NCBI GenBank assembly: GCA_030158535.1
Contig: JAOASV010000130.1
Span: 1 to 60,693, forward strand
Direction of reading: 5' to 3'
Source: Sediminibacterium sp.
GTDB taxonomy: Bacteria > Bacteroidota > Bacteroidia > Chitinophagales > Chitinophagaceae
DNA: 60,693 nucleotides
Part shown: positions 29,001 to 39,508 of the stretch, one piece after another
How the letters are laid out: each line of letters starts with the position of its first letter
Numbering within the stretch: position 1 is the stretch's first letter
Notes under the pieces: generated by a model
Told to the model about the DNA's origin: nothing
What the model saw: only the letters and a program-made list of their open reading frames with translations
The model's database searches: none
Program-made: the position numbers and the translations under genes

Positions 29001-29825
29001 TTAAAGCGTAGCGGGCAAAGAATGCACCGAATAGCCCAAAAAGTCGGCTGCGTGGGCATCAAAATCGGCGGTAGCGTCGGTGGTGTAAAAAACAACATCA
29101 CTTTGTTTTGTAATGCTAGCATCCATGTTTGGATGCCTTTGTAAATAATTAACCAGGCTTTTAGCCACAATAGCACCCTGCGTTAGCACGGTAACCCCTT
29201 TAGGCACCAGTGACTCAATGGTATCTAATAATAAAGGGTAATGCGTACAGCCAAGTAATAAAGTGTCGATTTTGCCCGATTTTGCAAAAAGGGCATTCAG
29301 GTCTTGCTCTACAAAAAAGCGGGCTCCCTGCGTGTCGTAAGCCCTGTTTTCGATGATGGGCACCCACATAGGGCAGGCCTGCTGGTAAACTTTTACTTCC
29401 GGAAAAAATTTAGCGATTTCTGTGGGGTAACTTTCGCTTTCGACAGTACCCTTGGTACCCACAATGCCCACCTGTTTTGAAATAGAAAATTGACCCAGCA
29501 CTTCGGTGGTTGGTCTAATTACGCCCAACACCCTTTTATGACTACCACGGCTGGCAAGGTCTTTTTGTTGAATGGTTCGAAGGGCTTTAGCAGAAGCGGT
29601 ATTGCATGCCAAAATAACCAGATCACAACCTTTGTCGAACAACCAATCTACCGCTTCTAAAGTGTACTGATAAACTGTTTCATAAGACCTAGGACCATAA
29701 GGCGCACGCGCATTATCACCGAGGTATATAAAATCATGCGTGGGAAGGGCGAGTTGCAATTCTTTAAGGATGGTTAAACCACCATACCCACTATCAAATA
29801 CACCAATTGGCTTTTTTGTTTGCAT
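29001..29825 (-). CDS. murI: Glutamate racemase
   Basis: FDSGYGGLT, PYG, ACNTAS, LGCTHYP; likely start ATG 29825. Confidence 0.95.
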   Translation of the reverse strand: MQTKKPIGVFDSGYGGLTILKELQLALPTHDFIYLGDNARAPYGPRSYETVYQYTLEAVDWLFDKGCDLVILACNTASAKALRTIQQKDLASRGSHKRVLGVIRPTTEVLGQFSISKQVGIVGTKGTVESESYPTEIAKFFPEVKVYQQACPMWVPIIENRAYDTQGARFFVEQDLNALFAKSGKIDTLLLGCTHYPLLLDTIESLVPKGVTVLTQGAIVAKSLVNYLQRHPNMDASITKQSDVVFYTTDATADFDAHAADFLGYSVHSLPATL

Positions 29826-29828
29826 ACA

Positions 29829-29868
29829 CAAAAATAAGAACCCCGCCTTTATTAGACGGGGTTCTTTT
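29829..29868 (-). terminator. Intrinsic terminator after skp genes (U-tract coincides with the murI -7 element)
   Basis: AAGAACCCCG (29836-45) / CGGGGTTCTT (29857-66) stem; the minus strand continues TATTTTTG. Confidence 0.82.
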
Positions 29869-29891
29869 ATAAATAGTTTATAAAGGCTGAA

Positions 29892-30500
29892 TTATCCTTT
29901 TTTAGCAGGTGCTGCTGTTTTAGCAGGTGCACCAGGAACCACGCCACCAGCTTGCTTCCAAGCATCCATAATTTCTTGTGGTAATGCTAGGTTTAACTTC
30001 ATCGCTACACGGATCGTTAAATTATCTAAGATATTAGGTTGCATGTATGGAGACAATGTTTCTGTTTTTAACACCATCGTATACTTTTGTTCAGCAACGA
30101 TTTGTTGTAAAGCAGTTACCATCTTTTGTCTGTAAGGTAAAAGGGCTTGCTCCATTTTGCCATTTTGCATTTCTTGAGCGTACTGCTGCCAGTTTGCTAA
30201 TTTATAACCTAATCGGTTTAAATCAGATAAAGCTAGTTCTCTTGCTTTTGCAGGCATTGTAGCTGAATCTTTTTTGAAAAGACTATCTCTACGTTGGTAA
30301 TCTTGCACAGTGTAAGCATATTCAGGATTCAAAGAATCTTTAACGAAATTGTTGATTACAGTATCAATTTTTTGAATATCTGGAAACAGGCTTAATAAAC
30401 TTTGCTCATCAAAGTAACCAATTTTAACCTGCGCGTTTGTGCTATTTGAGAATAGTAAGCTGGCTGCTAAAACCACACAAACAAATAATAATTTCTTCAT
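29892..30500 (-). CDS. skp: OmpH/Skp periplasmic chaperone
   Basis: Signal peptide, QVKIGYFD, helical body, YTMVL; second of a tandem pair. Confidence 0.8.
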   Translation of the reverse strand: MKKLLFVCVVLAASLLFSNSTNAQVKIGYFDEQSLLSLFPDIQKIDTVINNFVKDSLNPEYAYTVQDYQRRDSLFKKDSATMPAKARELALSDLNRLGYKLANWQQYAQEMQNGKMEQALLPYRQKMVTALQQIVAEQKYTMVLKTETLSPYMQPNILDNLTIRVAMKLNLALPQEIMDAWKQAGGVVPGAPAKTAAPAKKG

Positions 30501-30554
30501 TGTAGAGAGTGTTTGAATTTTTGTTAGAACTGTTTATTTAAACTTTTTATTTTT

Positions 30555-31070
30555 TTATTTAATCCCTAACTCTTTAAGCACATCATCGCTTTTATCAAGT
30601 TTCGGGTCGGCAAATATAATGGTTATTCCTTCACTTTTATCCAGAACGAAGTCATAAGAACGGCTGGTTGCTATTTTTTGAATGGCATCGTATACTTTAT
30701 CCTGAACCGGCTTAATGAGGCGCTGACGCTCTTTAAAAAGATCGCCTTCGTAGCCAAAACGCTTTTTTTGAAGATCACGTACCTGCTTTTCTTTTTCAAA
30801 AAGCTCGTCTTCACGCTTCTTTTTAAGGGCTTCTGTTAGCATAAACTGCTCAGACTCATAGTTTTTATACATTTTGTCGAGCTGTACTTGTAAATCATCA
30901 ATTTCCTTCTGCCACTGCTCGCCAGTCAGTTTTAGCTTGGCATCGGCTTCTTTATACGCTGGAATGCGCTCTAGTATATACTTGGTATCAATAACGGCAT
31001 AACGTTGTTGCGCTTTCACGCTCATGGTAGTACCTAATACCATCAAAGCCACAAATAATAACTTTTTCAT
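30555..31070 (-). CDS. skp: OmpH/Skp periplasmic chaperone (Omp17-like)
   Basis: YAVIDTKYIL, FGYEGDLF, YDFVLDK. Confidence 0.9.
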   Translation of the reverse strand: MKKLLFVALMVLGTTMSVKAQQRYAVIDTKYILERIPAYKEADAKLKLTGEQWQKEIDDLQVQLDKMYKNYESEQFMLTEALKKKREDELFEKEKQVRDLQKKRFGYEGDLFKERQRLIKPVQDKVYDAIQKIATSRSYDFVLDKSEGITIIFADPKLDKSDDVLKELGIK

Positions 31071-31086
31071 GCTTCTAATTTAAATA

Positions 31087-33822
31087 TTATTCTGGTTCAA
31101 AACCTAACATAAAGGTAAATCTTGCCGCATCCTTCATCGATCCATTTGGTGTAAACCTGTCAAGTCCCACACCATAATCAAATCCTAAAAGACCAAACAT
31201 AGGTAAGAAGAAACGCATACCTAAACCAACAGATCTACGAAGTCTAAATGGATTGTAATCTTTAATGTTATACCATCCGTTTGCTGCTTCATAAAAACCA
31301 AGCGCATAAATAGTACTACTTGGATTTAAACTAAGCGGATACCTAAGTTCTACACTGTATTTATTAAATATGGTAAAGTACTGGCTCGCTCTTTGCTGAT
31401 CTGGATTGATTTTTGGATTTGAATTTTCGTACACTGGATAACCTCTATGTGCAATGATGTCAAATCCTAAAAGTGCAAACTGATTGCTTAAACCAGCGTC
31501 ACCTACCTGGAATCTTTCGAAAGGTGACATGCCTAAATCTTTATTGAATCTACCCAAGAAACCAAATTTGGCAGCAGCTCTAATAACAAACTGTTTGTTA
31601 CGGTCTTCGCCGTGTGGCCTACCTAGCGGTACAAACCACTCGCCATTCATACGCCACTTGTGGTATTCAATCCACTTGTAAGGGTTGGCGCTAGTTTGGA
31701 TATTTTTATTGAATAAAGAATACGGTGGTGTGGCTTGCACACTAAATAAAAATGTAGAACCACTTTTTGGATACAACGGCTGATCGATAGATGAACGTTG
31801 TAATGCAATTTTTAGGTTTACGTTGTTTACAACACCATTGTCAAATCCAGGTAAATTTCTTGGATCAATGGCATAATCACTAAGCTTGTAGCGCGTATAG
31901 TTTAACCCAACAGAAAGTGAGAAAAAGTCGTCGGGCCATTTTAATTGTTTTGCCAAACTAACGGTTGCACCCGTTGTAGAAATGTATTTTGAGTCTGCGG
32001 CATTTGGATCAAACATACCCGTGATAGGATCAAATGTTTGTCCAAATTTGGTATTGAATACGCTCACCGTTAACGCATTTCTTTTTTTACCACCAAACCA
32101 AGGTTCGGTGAAAGAGAAGTTATAAGAACGGAACGCCTTACCATTACTTTGAACACGCAAACTTAATTTTTGACCTTCTCCCATTGGAAGTGGATCCCAT
32201 GCTTGCTTCTTCCAAATATTTCTTACCGAAAAGTTATTGAAAGAAATACCAAGGGTACCGGTAAGTCCAATAAATCCACCCCAACCGGCGCTCAATTCTA
32301 ACTGATCGCTCGATTTTTCTTCGACGGTGTAGTTGATATCTACGGTTCCATCATCTGGATTAGGTCTTGGATCGATGCCAATTTTTTCTTGGTTGAAATA
32401 ATTGAGCTGCGCAATTTCACGTTGTGAACGCATCAAATCGGTTCTACTAAACTTTTCACCCGGAATGGTTCTTAGCTCTCTTCTAATTACGTGTTCTTTG
32501 GTACGATCGTTACCAAAGATTCTAATATTTTTAATGGTCGCTTGCGGACCTTCAATAATTCTGATTTCGTAATCGATGGTGTCATTGTATACCGCTGTTT
32601 CAACTGGATCGGTATTAAAAAACAAATAACCATCATCTTGATAAATACCACTGATATCGCCACCTTCTGCAGCTGCAGATTTACCTAATTTTTTATTCAG
32701 GGTTTCTAAGTTGTAAATGTCACCTTTACGAATACCTAAGATCGCAGTTAAAATAGAATCTGAATATTTTGTATTTCCTCTCCAAGTGATGTTACCAAAA
32801 TAATAACGGCGACCTTCACTTACTTTGATGTCGATATTGATATGTCCATTTCCATTGTAATAAACGGTGTCGTTAACAATGGTTGCATCACGGTAACCAA
32901 GTGAGTTGTAATAATCTAAAATATTGTCTTTGTCTTCTTCGTATTTTTTGGTGTCAAACTTGGCACCTGAAAATTTAATACGCGCGTAAGGATCAAGTAC
33001 TTTTTTGGTTTTTGTGAATGTCAAAAACCCTTTTTCTTTCATGTATTGTTCAAAACTATAACGCTGTATTTTCACAATTTTAGGCTCATCAAATACAGGG
33101 AATAAAGTAAGTCTAGATTTTTCGTGTATTTCTTTTAATTTCTTTTTTAAGAGTCCTGACTCTACAGTATTGCCACCAAAATTAATATTGTTGATACGTA
33201 CTTTAGGTCCTTTATCAATTACAAAATCAAGTACCAATGTGTTTTCGTAGGTGGAATCTCCCTTTTCTACAATTTTTACTTGTGCACTTTGAAATCCTTT
33301 TTCGGCATAGAATTTTTTAATGGCTTCTACGGCGGAAATTTTCATGTTTTCGGTGATCACACGATTTCTTACAAGACCTGTTTTACCGGTTAAATCTTCT
33401 GCGTCACTTTTACTAACCCCTTTGAATAAAAAGTTAGACAAACGCGCACGTTCTGTTACCGCAATTTCAATTTCAATATTTTTGTCTTCTAGTTTTGTAA
33501 TAAAAATTTCTACGTCAGAGAAATAGTTTTGGCCCCACAATTTTGTGATGGCTTTAGAAAACAAATCGCCGCCTGGAATTACAATTTCATCTCCAACATT
33601 CACATTGGCAATAGAGATCAAAAGGTTTTCATCAAAAAAGCTATTACCGGTAACTTTAATAGCACTGATTTTATATTTTTTGGGCGTTTTTTGATTGAAA
33701 ATATTGATAAGATCCGCATCAACATTGGTAATAACCGTATCCTTTTTTTCTTGCGCACTGGAGACAGTACTTGCAAGCGATAAAACGATTGCCAACATCA
33801 ATAATTTGTACACTTTCTGCAT
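31087..33822 (-). CDS. bamA: Outer membrane protein assembly factor BamA
   Basis: 911 aa with repeated POTRA domains (GNDRTKEHVIRRELRT) and a barrel with HRGY and GLGMRFFLPMFGLLGFDYG. Confidence 0.95.
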   Translation of the reverse strand: MQKVYKLLMLAIVLSLASTVSSAQEKKDTVITNVDADLINIFNQKTPKKYKISAIKVTGNSFFDENLLISIANVNVGDEIVIPGGDLFSKAITKLWGQNYFSDVEIFITKLEDKNIEIEIAVTERARLSNFLFKGVSKSDAEDLTGKTGLVRNRVITENMKISAVEAIKKFYAEKGFQSAQVKIVEKGDSTYENTLVLDFVIDKGPKVRINNINFGGNTVESGLLKKKLKEIHEKSRLTLFPVFDEPKIVKIQRYSFEQYMKEKGFLTFTKTKKVLDPYARIKFSGAKFDTKKYEEDKDNILDYYNSLGYRDATIVNDTVYYNGNGHINIDIKVSEGRRYYFGNITWRGNTKYSDSILTAILGIRKGDIYNLETLNKKLGKSAAAEGGDISGIYQDDGYLFFNTDPVETAVYNDTIDYEIRIIEGPQATIKNIRIFGNDRTKEHVIRRELRTIPGEKFSRTDLMRSQREIAQLNYFNQEKIGIDPRPNPDDGTVDINYTVEEKSSDQLELSAGWGGFIGLTGTLGISFNNFSVRNIWKKQAWDPLPMGEGQKLSLRVQSNGKAFRSYNFSFTEPWFGGKKRNALTVSVFNTKFGQTFDPITGMFDPNAADSKYISTTGATVSLAKQLKWPDDFFSLSVGLNYTRYKLSDYAIDPRNLPGFDNGVVNNVNLKIALQRSSIDQPLYPKSGSTFLFSVQATPPYSLFNKNIQTSANPYKWIEYHKWRMNGEWFVPLGRPHGEDRNKQFVIRAAAKFGFLGRFNKDLGMSPFERFQVGDAGLSNQFALLGFDIIAHRGYPVYENSNPKINPDQQRASQYFTIFNKYSVELRYPLSLNPSSTIYALGFYEAANGWYNIKDYNPFRLRRSVGLGMRFFLPMFGLLGFDYGVGLDRFTPNGSMKDAARFTFMLGFEPE

Positions 33823-33973
33823 CTTTTTCTATTTGTTATATCGCTGGCTGATCTTTCACCACAGCAGATTTCGTCAATTTTGGTTCTTATAAGCGGAGCA
33901 ATTTAACGGGAATAATGAAAAGTCTTTGTTAAATCGCTATACTTATTAAATAATTATATTATATATATGGTGT

Positions 33974-34735
33974 TTACACCTTTTCTTCTTGTTGAATTTG
34001 TTTGCCAGTTTTACCAAACCTACGTTCTCTTTGTTGAAAATCAACAATTGCTTGATATAAATGAGGCTTTCTAAAATCTGGCCACAATATAGGGGTAAAA
34101 TAGAGCTCTGCATAAGCAAGTTGATACAATAAGAAATTGCTTATTCTAAACTCGCCACTGGTTCTTATCACAAGGGCCGGATCTGGAATGCCTTTGGTAC
34201 ACAAATAATCAGCAATCGTATCTTGGGTAATTAGCTTTGGATCCAAATTACCTGACTGAACGTCGATGGCTATTTGCTTTACCGCACTTGCAATTTCCCA
34301 TCTACTACTATAGCTAAGCGCCATAATGAGCGTTAATCCGGTATTGGCAGCCGTCAATTCAAGGGCTTCTTCGAGTTCTTTTTGTGCAAAATCAGGAAGC
34401 ATTTGTCTGTCCCCAATTACCTGCAAACGAATATTGTTTTTATTTAATGTAGGAACTTCTTTACGGATGGTATCCACCAGTAAACTCATCAGTCCGGATA
34501 CTTCACTGGCTGGGCGGTCCCAATTTTCGGTGCTAAAAGCATAGAGTGTTAAATAACCAATACCCAGTTCTGCCGCACCTTCCACAATATTTCTTACACT
34601 TTCTACGCCATGAAAATGACCAAACAAACGGTCTTCCCCTTTCTCTTCGGCCCAACGTCCATTGCCATCCATAATAATGGCAACATGTTCCGGTAAACGA
34701 CTGAGATCGATTTGAGGCTTAAGGTCTTCCTGCAT
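33974..34735 (-). CDS. uppS: Isoprenyl transferase (undecaprenyl diphosphate synthase)
   Basis: HVAIIMDGNGRWA, FSTENW, RTSGEFRISNFLL, RERRFG. Confidence 0.96.
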   Translation of the reverse strand: MQEDLKPQIDLSRLPEHVAIIMDGNGRWAEEKGEDRLFGHFHGVESVRNIVEGAAELGIGYLTLYAFSTENWDRPASEVSGLMSLLVDTIRKEVPTLNKNNIRLQVIGDRQMLPDFAQKELEEALELTAANTGLTLIMALSYSSRWEIASAVKQIAIDVQSGNLDPKLITQDTIADYLCTKGIPDPALVIRTSGEFRISNFLLYQLAYAELYFTPILWPDFRKPHLYQAIVDFQQRERRFGKTGKQIQQEEKV

Positions 34736-34822
34736 GCTTTAAAAAAGGGTTTATAGGCTGCAAAATTAACGAAAAAACAGAGGTTTGCGCCGAATACTTT
34801 GCCTAATTATAGCCAAAACAGC

Positions 34823-35674
34823 TTATTGGACAGGCTTTGGACACTTATAGGTTTGTAAATTGAAGGAAATCCCCAGTTTGAGACCTGCAAAAACGTCGGT
34901 TTGTAGCGTATTACCCCTTTGTCGACCCTTAATGCCTATGGGATTACCGGTTTCATAGCTGCGGTCTTGCAGTAAAAAAGCAGGAGATGGAGACCCATCG
35001 GGTAGTGTAGGAAAAGCGTCTGGCGCATACACCCCACTCACATCATCGAGATAATCAGTGTTGGTAAAGCGGTACATCAGCTCGGCAAAAACATTGAACT
35101 GCTCACTTAAGGCATACTTAACACCTAAAGTAAGTGGCACCGACACCGCAATGGGCGCATATGTTTTAAAGGCCGGATACGCCGAAGAACCCTGCCCTTC
35201 GGTACCGAGTGGTCTTAAAAAATATTTTTGATTGCCTAAAAACGCATAGGGATCATAAGAAAAAGCACCAACACCCACCCCGATATAAGGGGTAAACCTA
35301 AAATCTTCGAAACCTGGTTGGAATGCAAAAAAGTTAAAATCAAAGGAAACTGCTGCCTCCCATACATGGCTGTTGAAACTTAAATTACGCCTTAACTGAG
35401 CAGCATTGTTACTATACTGATCAGAATACCCAATCAGCGCGTACTCTCCACTTAACCTAACACTCATGTAATTGTTAAACTGCTTTCTAAAAAAAATACC
35501 AGCATTGGCTTTGGGCCTATTAACTGCAGCAGTAGGGTTTAAATCTCCAAAATAATGTGCGGCACCAGATCCAATACCAAACTCGGCTTGATGCACAAAA
35601 CTTTGCATGAGCTGTGCATTTGCGGTAAAAATACCGGAGCCAAAAATGAGTATGAAAATAAAATGTTTAACCAT
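34823..35674 (-). CDS. porG: PorG / DUF6089 outer-membrane beta-barrel protein
   Basis: Signal peptide, YFGDL, RNLSF, TDYLDD; directly upstream of uppS-bamA-skp-skp as in Porphyromonas. Confidence 0.72.
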   Translation of the reverse strand: MVKHFIFILIFGSGIFTANAQLMQSFVHQAEFGIGSGAAHYFGDLNPTAAVNRPKANAGIFFRKQFNNYMSVRLSGEYALIGYSDQYSNNAAQLRRNLSFNSHVWEAAVSFDFNFFAFQPGFEDFRFTPYIGVGVGAFSYDPYAFLGNQKYFLRPLGTEGQGSSAYPAFKTYAPIAVSVPLTLGVKYALSEQFNVFAELMYRFTNTDYLDDVSGVYAPDAFPTLPDGSPSPAFLLQDRSYETGNPIGIKGRQRGNTLQTDVFAGLKLGISFNLQTYKCPKPVQ

Positions 35675-35726
35675 GTGCACCCGCTTACTTATTGTAAAGT
35701 AGCAACAAAAATAAATACCAAAAATG

Positions 35727-36605
35727 TTAATTTCTTTTATCGAGGCCCCAAGTAAGCTTAGATCTAAGCGTAGACAAGAAACTATTTTCGTTTAATCGGA
35801 CAAGATTTACGCAAAACTGCTCTTTTCTAATGGCCAATTGCACTGTTTTATCAACGATTTCTTTGCGTGCGTCAAGTGCACAAATAAATTGATCTGCCCT
35901 TCCTTCAATTTCAAATGATACCACATTGGTGTCTGGGATAACAATGGGACGTACGTTTAAATTGTGTGGCGCTACAGGTGTAATCACAAAACTTGCTGCG
36001 TCAGGAAATAATATAGGTCCATTGCAACTCATGCTATATCCAGTAGATCCTGTTGGCGTAGATACAATCAGTCCATCGGCCCAATAAGTATTTAAAAATT
36101 CTCCATTGATGTAGGTATGAATTTTAATCATTGGAGAAATGTCCCTTTTGTGAATGGCAAACTCATTGAGTGCAAATGGTGTATCACCAAAAAGTCCTTC
36201 GTTAGAATCGAGATGAATAAGCGCACGTTTATCGACAACAAAAGTTCTATTCACAATCGCTTCTACCGCGCTTTGTAGTGCATCTGGACTAATGCTAGCT
36301 AAAAATCCGAGTCTACCAAAATTGATACCTAATATAGGAATTCCAGAATCTTTAACCAGTGTAACGGCGTCAAGCATCGTTCCATCTCCTCCCAAACTAA
36401 TGAGACAATCGATTGTAGCATCTAAATCTGAAGACACTTTAAAAGGTATAAGATTTGCTGCTAATTGAGATGGTAAATCGGCGTGTAATAACAATTGATG
36501 AAATACATGAATTTCAACATCATGCGGGGCTAATGCCTCTAGCAGTATAGCCAACGGATTGGGGGTTGCCAAATCTAAACCTCTACTATAAATTGCAATT
36601 TTCAT
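35727..36605 (-). CDS. nadK: NAD kinase
   Basis: GGDGT, GRLGFL, LNE, DGLIVSTPTGSTGY. Confidence 0.95.
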   Translation of the reverse strand: MKIAIYSRGLDLATPNPLAILLEALAPHDVEIHVFHQLLLHADLPSQLAANLIPFKVSSDLDATIDCLISLGGDGTMLDAVTLVKDSGIPILGINFGRLGFLASISPDALQSAVEAIVNRTFVVDKRALIHLDSNEGLFGDTPFALNEFAIHKRDISPMIKIHTYINGEFLNTYWADGLIVSTPTGSTGYSMSCNGPILFPDAASFVITPVAPHNLNVRPIVIPDTNVVSFEIEGRADQFICALDARKEIVDKTVQLAIRKEQFCVNLVRLNENSFLSTLRSKLTWGLDKRN

Positions 36606-36629
36606 GTGCCTATATTCAAATCAAAAACA

Positions 36630-37994
36630 TCAAAAATTAAATTCGCCCTGCAAATATAAGCCTTCCCGCCCTAGCTGATTGCGGCTATATTCTACACGAA
36701 ACACAAAATCGTATACACTTACAAGGTCAATACCGGCTCCGTATGTGTACAACAGTGTATTACTTAAGCTGTTAGATGGCCCGGCGTATTTATGATAAGC
36801 ATAACCGGCATCGGCAAACATTTTTAAATAGAGCCTGATAGGTATTTTTTCATGGTTTTTTATCGGTACCGGATTTGTGAGGGTGAAGTTTTTTACATTA
36901 AAATGAAACGCATTTCTAGAAACAATTCCTGCGGTTCCATCTACTACATAGTATTCGAGCCCTCTTAATTGCATCCCGCCATATCCAATAAGTCTACTAT
37001 TTGAAAACACGGAGTCGATGGGTGACTTGTAGGCCGCAGTTGCATCGAACAATAAAAAACTTTTAGTGCTTAGTTTTTTTGCATACAACTGTTTAGCACT
37101 TATTTGAAAAATGGATTGCCCCCGAGATGCAATACGTTTCAACAAAAATAAGTCCGAGTAACAACCTGATGTTGGATACGTAATATTTGAAACATTGATG
37201 TACTGATAACGGTAACTAATATCAAGGGCTGCTTGACGGTTTGTTTGACCTGGATAATAATTTTTTTGAACCTTTAGAATGGTATCAGCAACTGTTTCAT
37301 TAAAATAACTAAGCCGGATAGTTGTGCGTTTAAACCGGTCAGGTCTATAGGAATAAGACGCATCTATGCGCCATGTTTTTCTAGCATCTGAACTATGTCT
37401 AAAAAACACCTGCTTATTGCCTGCGGTGGCAATATTCAATTCTTTTTGTGTGGCATGTAAAAATCCTACACTAAAACCTTTGGTGAGTTTTTTATCAATA
37501 AAAGGAATGGTATACCGCGCCGAAAACTGCCTGTTATAGCCAGTTATCAGCCATACATTTAAATTATCGTTTCGGCCCGACACATTGTTTTGTATGAATT
37601 TCATTCCATAATTAACGCGGTCTAAACTTCTATTTTGATCCACCCACCACTGATTAAAATTTCGATCTACGAGTCTAAAATAAGGAAGCGGCAATAGGTA
37701 CCATCTTTCTTTTACTTGAATACGAATTTGCCACAGGCCATCATTTGCTAGGGTATCTATTTGCACATCTACAAATAGTTGCGTGTTCATCAGTAATTGC
37801 TTTGCCTGAATGATTGCGGGCGCTAACTGTTTTGCTTCAAGTGAATCTCCTTTTACAAATGGGAGTTCCCTTAAAATTATGTAGTCTTTTGTTTTTGAAT
37901 TACCCGTAATCTCAATACGGTCAACAGGCATTTTTTGTTGCGCCAAACTGGTAAGAGATAAACTTACAATAAAGATGAAAAAAAGTAGGCGCAT
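36630..37994 (-). CDS. Omp85-superfamily protein with a single POTRA domain
   Basis: IEITGNSKTKDYIILREL POTRA, VKERWY linker, LRGLEYY (VRGY-like) loop, C-terminal beta-signal ending EFNF. Confidence 0.78.
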   Translation of the reverse strand: MRLLFFIFIVSLSLTSLAQQKMPVDRIEITGNSKTKDYIILRELPFVKGDSLEAKQLAPAIIQAKQLLMNTQLFVDVQIDTLANDGLWQIRIQVKERWYLLPLPYFRLVDRNFNQWWVDQNRSLDRVNYGMKFIQNNVSGRNDNLNVWLITGYNRQFSARYTIPFIDKKLTKGFSVGFLHATQKELNIATAGNKQVFFRHSSDARKTWRIDASYSYRPDRFKRTTIRLSYFNETVADTILKVQKNYYPGQTNRQAALDISYRYQYINVSNITYPTSGCYSDLFLLKRIASRGQSIFQISAKQLYAKKLSTKSFLLFDATAAYKSPIDSVFSNSRLIGYGGMQLRGLEYYVVDGTAGIVSRNAFHFNVKNFTLTNPVPIKNHEKIPIRLYLKMFADAGYAYHKYAGPSNSLSNTLLYTYGAGIDLVSVYDFVFRVEYSRNQLGREGLYLQGEFNF

Positions 37995-38012
37995 ATGATG
38001 AAGCGTTTACAC

Positions 38013-38672
38013 CTACATATTGAGGTATGAAAGTAAATGATTGTAATTTTCTTTCAACTCATTTTGATAATTCTCTTCGCCAAAATAATATTTTACGCTG
38101 TAATCATAACGCTGAAACGTTGCAACAATCGTAGATACTTCAATGCGGTTTATTTGAATGGTTACAAGTAGCATACCTGTTTGCGGATCGGTAGCGGTAT
38201 TTAGTTGTGTTACATATGCATCATTGGTTTCAATGAGACGTACAATTTCTCCAAAAGAATATTGTCTTCTTTCCATTTCTAAAACAATAACCCCTCCTTT
38301 CGTATCTGCACCTACAAAACTTGTAAGATGCGCCAACATTTGCTTTGCCGTAATTACGCCGAGTAAATCTGCAGTGGTTGAAACAACAGGTAGCATGCTT
38401 AACTCATGCAGTGATAATAGCTTAGCGCCGGCTAAAAAATGCGCATCGGCGTGCACAGATGCCATAATAAATTCGTCTTGTAAAGAAGCAATGACAGCTG
38501 TTTCATCAGTATCGAGCAGGGCATTTTTATCTACAATGCCAACAAATTTTTCATCTGTTATAACACACAAATGTTGGATGTCGTAATCCTCCATCAATTG
38601 GAGCGCAAAAGATGCTTTATCCAATAAATGAACGGATGGAAAACTAGTATTAATGAGTTGTGCTGCTAGCAT
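38013..38672 (-). CDS. CBS domain-containing protein
   Basis: Two CBS repeats (ALQLMEDYDIQHLCVI..FVGIV; LPVV..LLGVIT) plus an ACT-like C-terminus. Confidence 0.85.
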   Translation of the reverse strand: MLAAQLINTSFPSVHLLDKASFALQLMEDYDIQHLCVITDEKFVGIVDKNALLDTDETAVIASLQDEFIMASVHADAHFLAGAKLLSLHELSMLPVVSTTADLLGVITAKQMLAHLTSFVGADTKGGVIVLEMERRQYSFGEIVRLIETNDAYVTQLNTATDPQTGMLLVTIQINRIEVSTIVATFQRYDYSVKYYFGEENYQNELKENYNHLLSYLNM

Positions 38673-39429
38673 GGCTGAGCTGGTTCAAAAATGCTTCTAA
38701 AATTTGATTGAACTCGGTAGGCACTTCCATCATAGGAGCGTGTCCACATTTGTCTACAAAATGAAGGGTGCTATTTGGAATGAGTTTGTGAAATTCTTCA
38801 CCCACATAAGGAGGTGTAACAATATCATTATTGCCCCAAATTAAAAGTGTGGGCTGTTGTATTTGACTTAACTCGGGACCTAAATTACTTCTGATCGCAC
38901 TTTTTGCGAGTGCTAATATTTTAATCACTTTCAACCTGTTTCTAGTGATTTCAAATACTTCGTCTACCAGTTCTTTGGTAGCTACAGCAGGATCGTAAAA
39001 AGTTTGTTCCGTTTTATTTTTAATATAATCGTAGTCGCCTCTTTTTGGATAACTATCGCCCATTGCTTTTTCGAATAAGCCACTGCTACCTGTCAGGGTA
39101 AGTGATTTAATTTTTTCGGGGTGCTTGAGCACGTGAACAAGGCCAACATGGCCACCAAGTGAATTGCCAAGTAGGTGAATACCGGTGTACCCTTTTGCTT
39201 CAATAAACTTATGGACGATTTTTTCTAACCCACTAACGGTGGTATGAAAAATATCTAAATCAAAAAGTGGTAAAATGGGAACAATCACTTTATTGCGGTG
39301 TCTGAAATGCTCAATTAAATGTTCGAAGTTACTGAGCGCACCAAATAGCCCATGCAGTAAAAGCAAGGGTTCTCCAGTACCTTCTTCGATGTAACTAATT
39401 TTATCTTGAACTTTAATTTCGTAATTCAT
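38650..39429 (-). CDS. Alpha/beta fold hydrolase
   Basis: LLHGLFG, GNSLGG nucleophile, WGNND, CGHAP. Confidence 0.9.
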   Translation of the reverse strand: MNYEIKVQDKISYIEEGTGEPLLLLHGLFGALSNFEHLIEHFRHRNKVIVPILPLFDLDIFHTTVSGLEKIVHKFIEAKGYTGIHLLGNSLGGHVGLVHVLKHPEKIKSLTLTGSSGLFEKAMGDSYPKRGDYDYIKNKTEQTFYDPAVATKELVDEVFEITRNRLKVIKILALAKSAIRSNLGPELSQIQQPTLLIWGNNDIVTPPYVGEEFHKLIPNSTLHFVDKCGHAPMMEVPTEFNQILEAFLNQLSHASSTTH

Positions 39430-39508
39430 GTGCAGGTATATAGAACAAGGCTAAAATAATGATTTTAGTAGGAATCACGGCATTAAATAACCATGAATTA
39501 TAATATAC

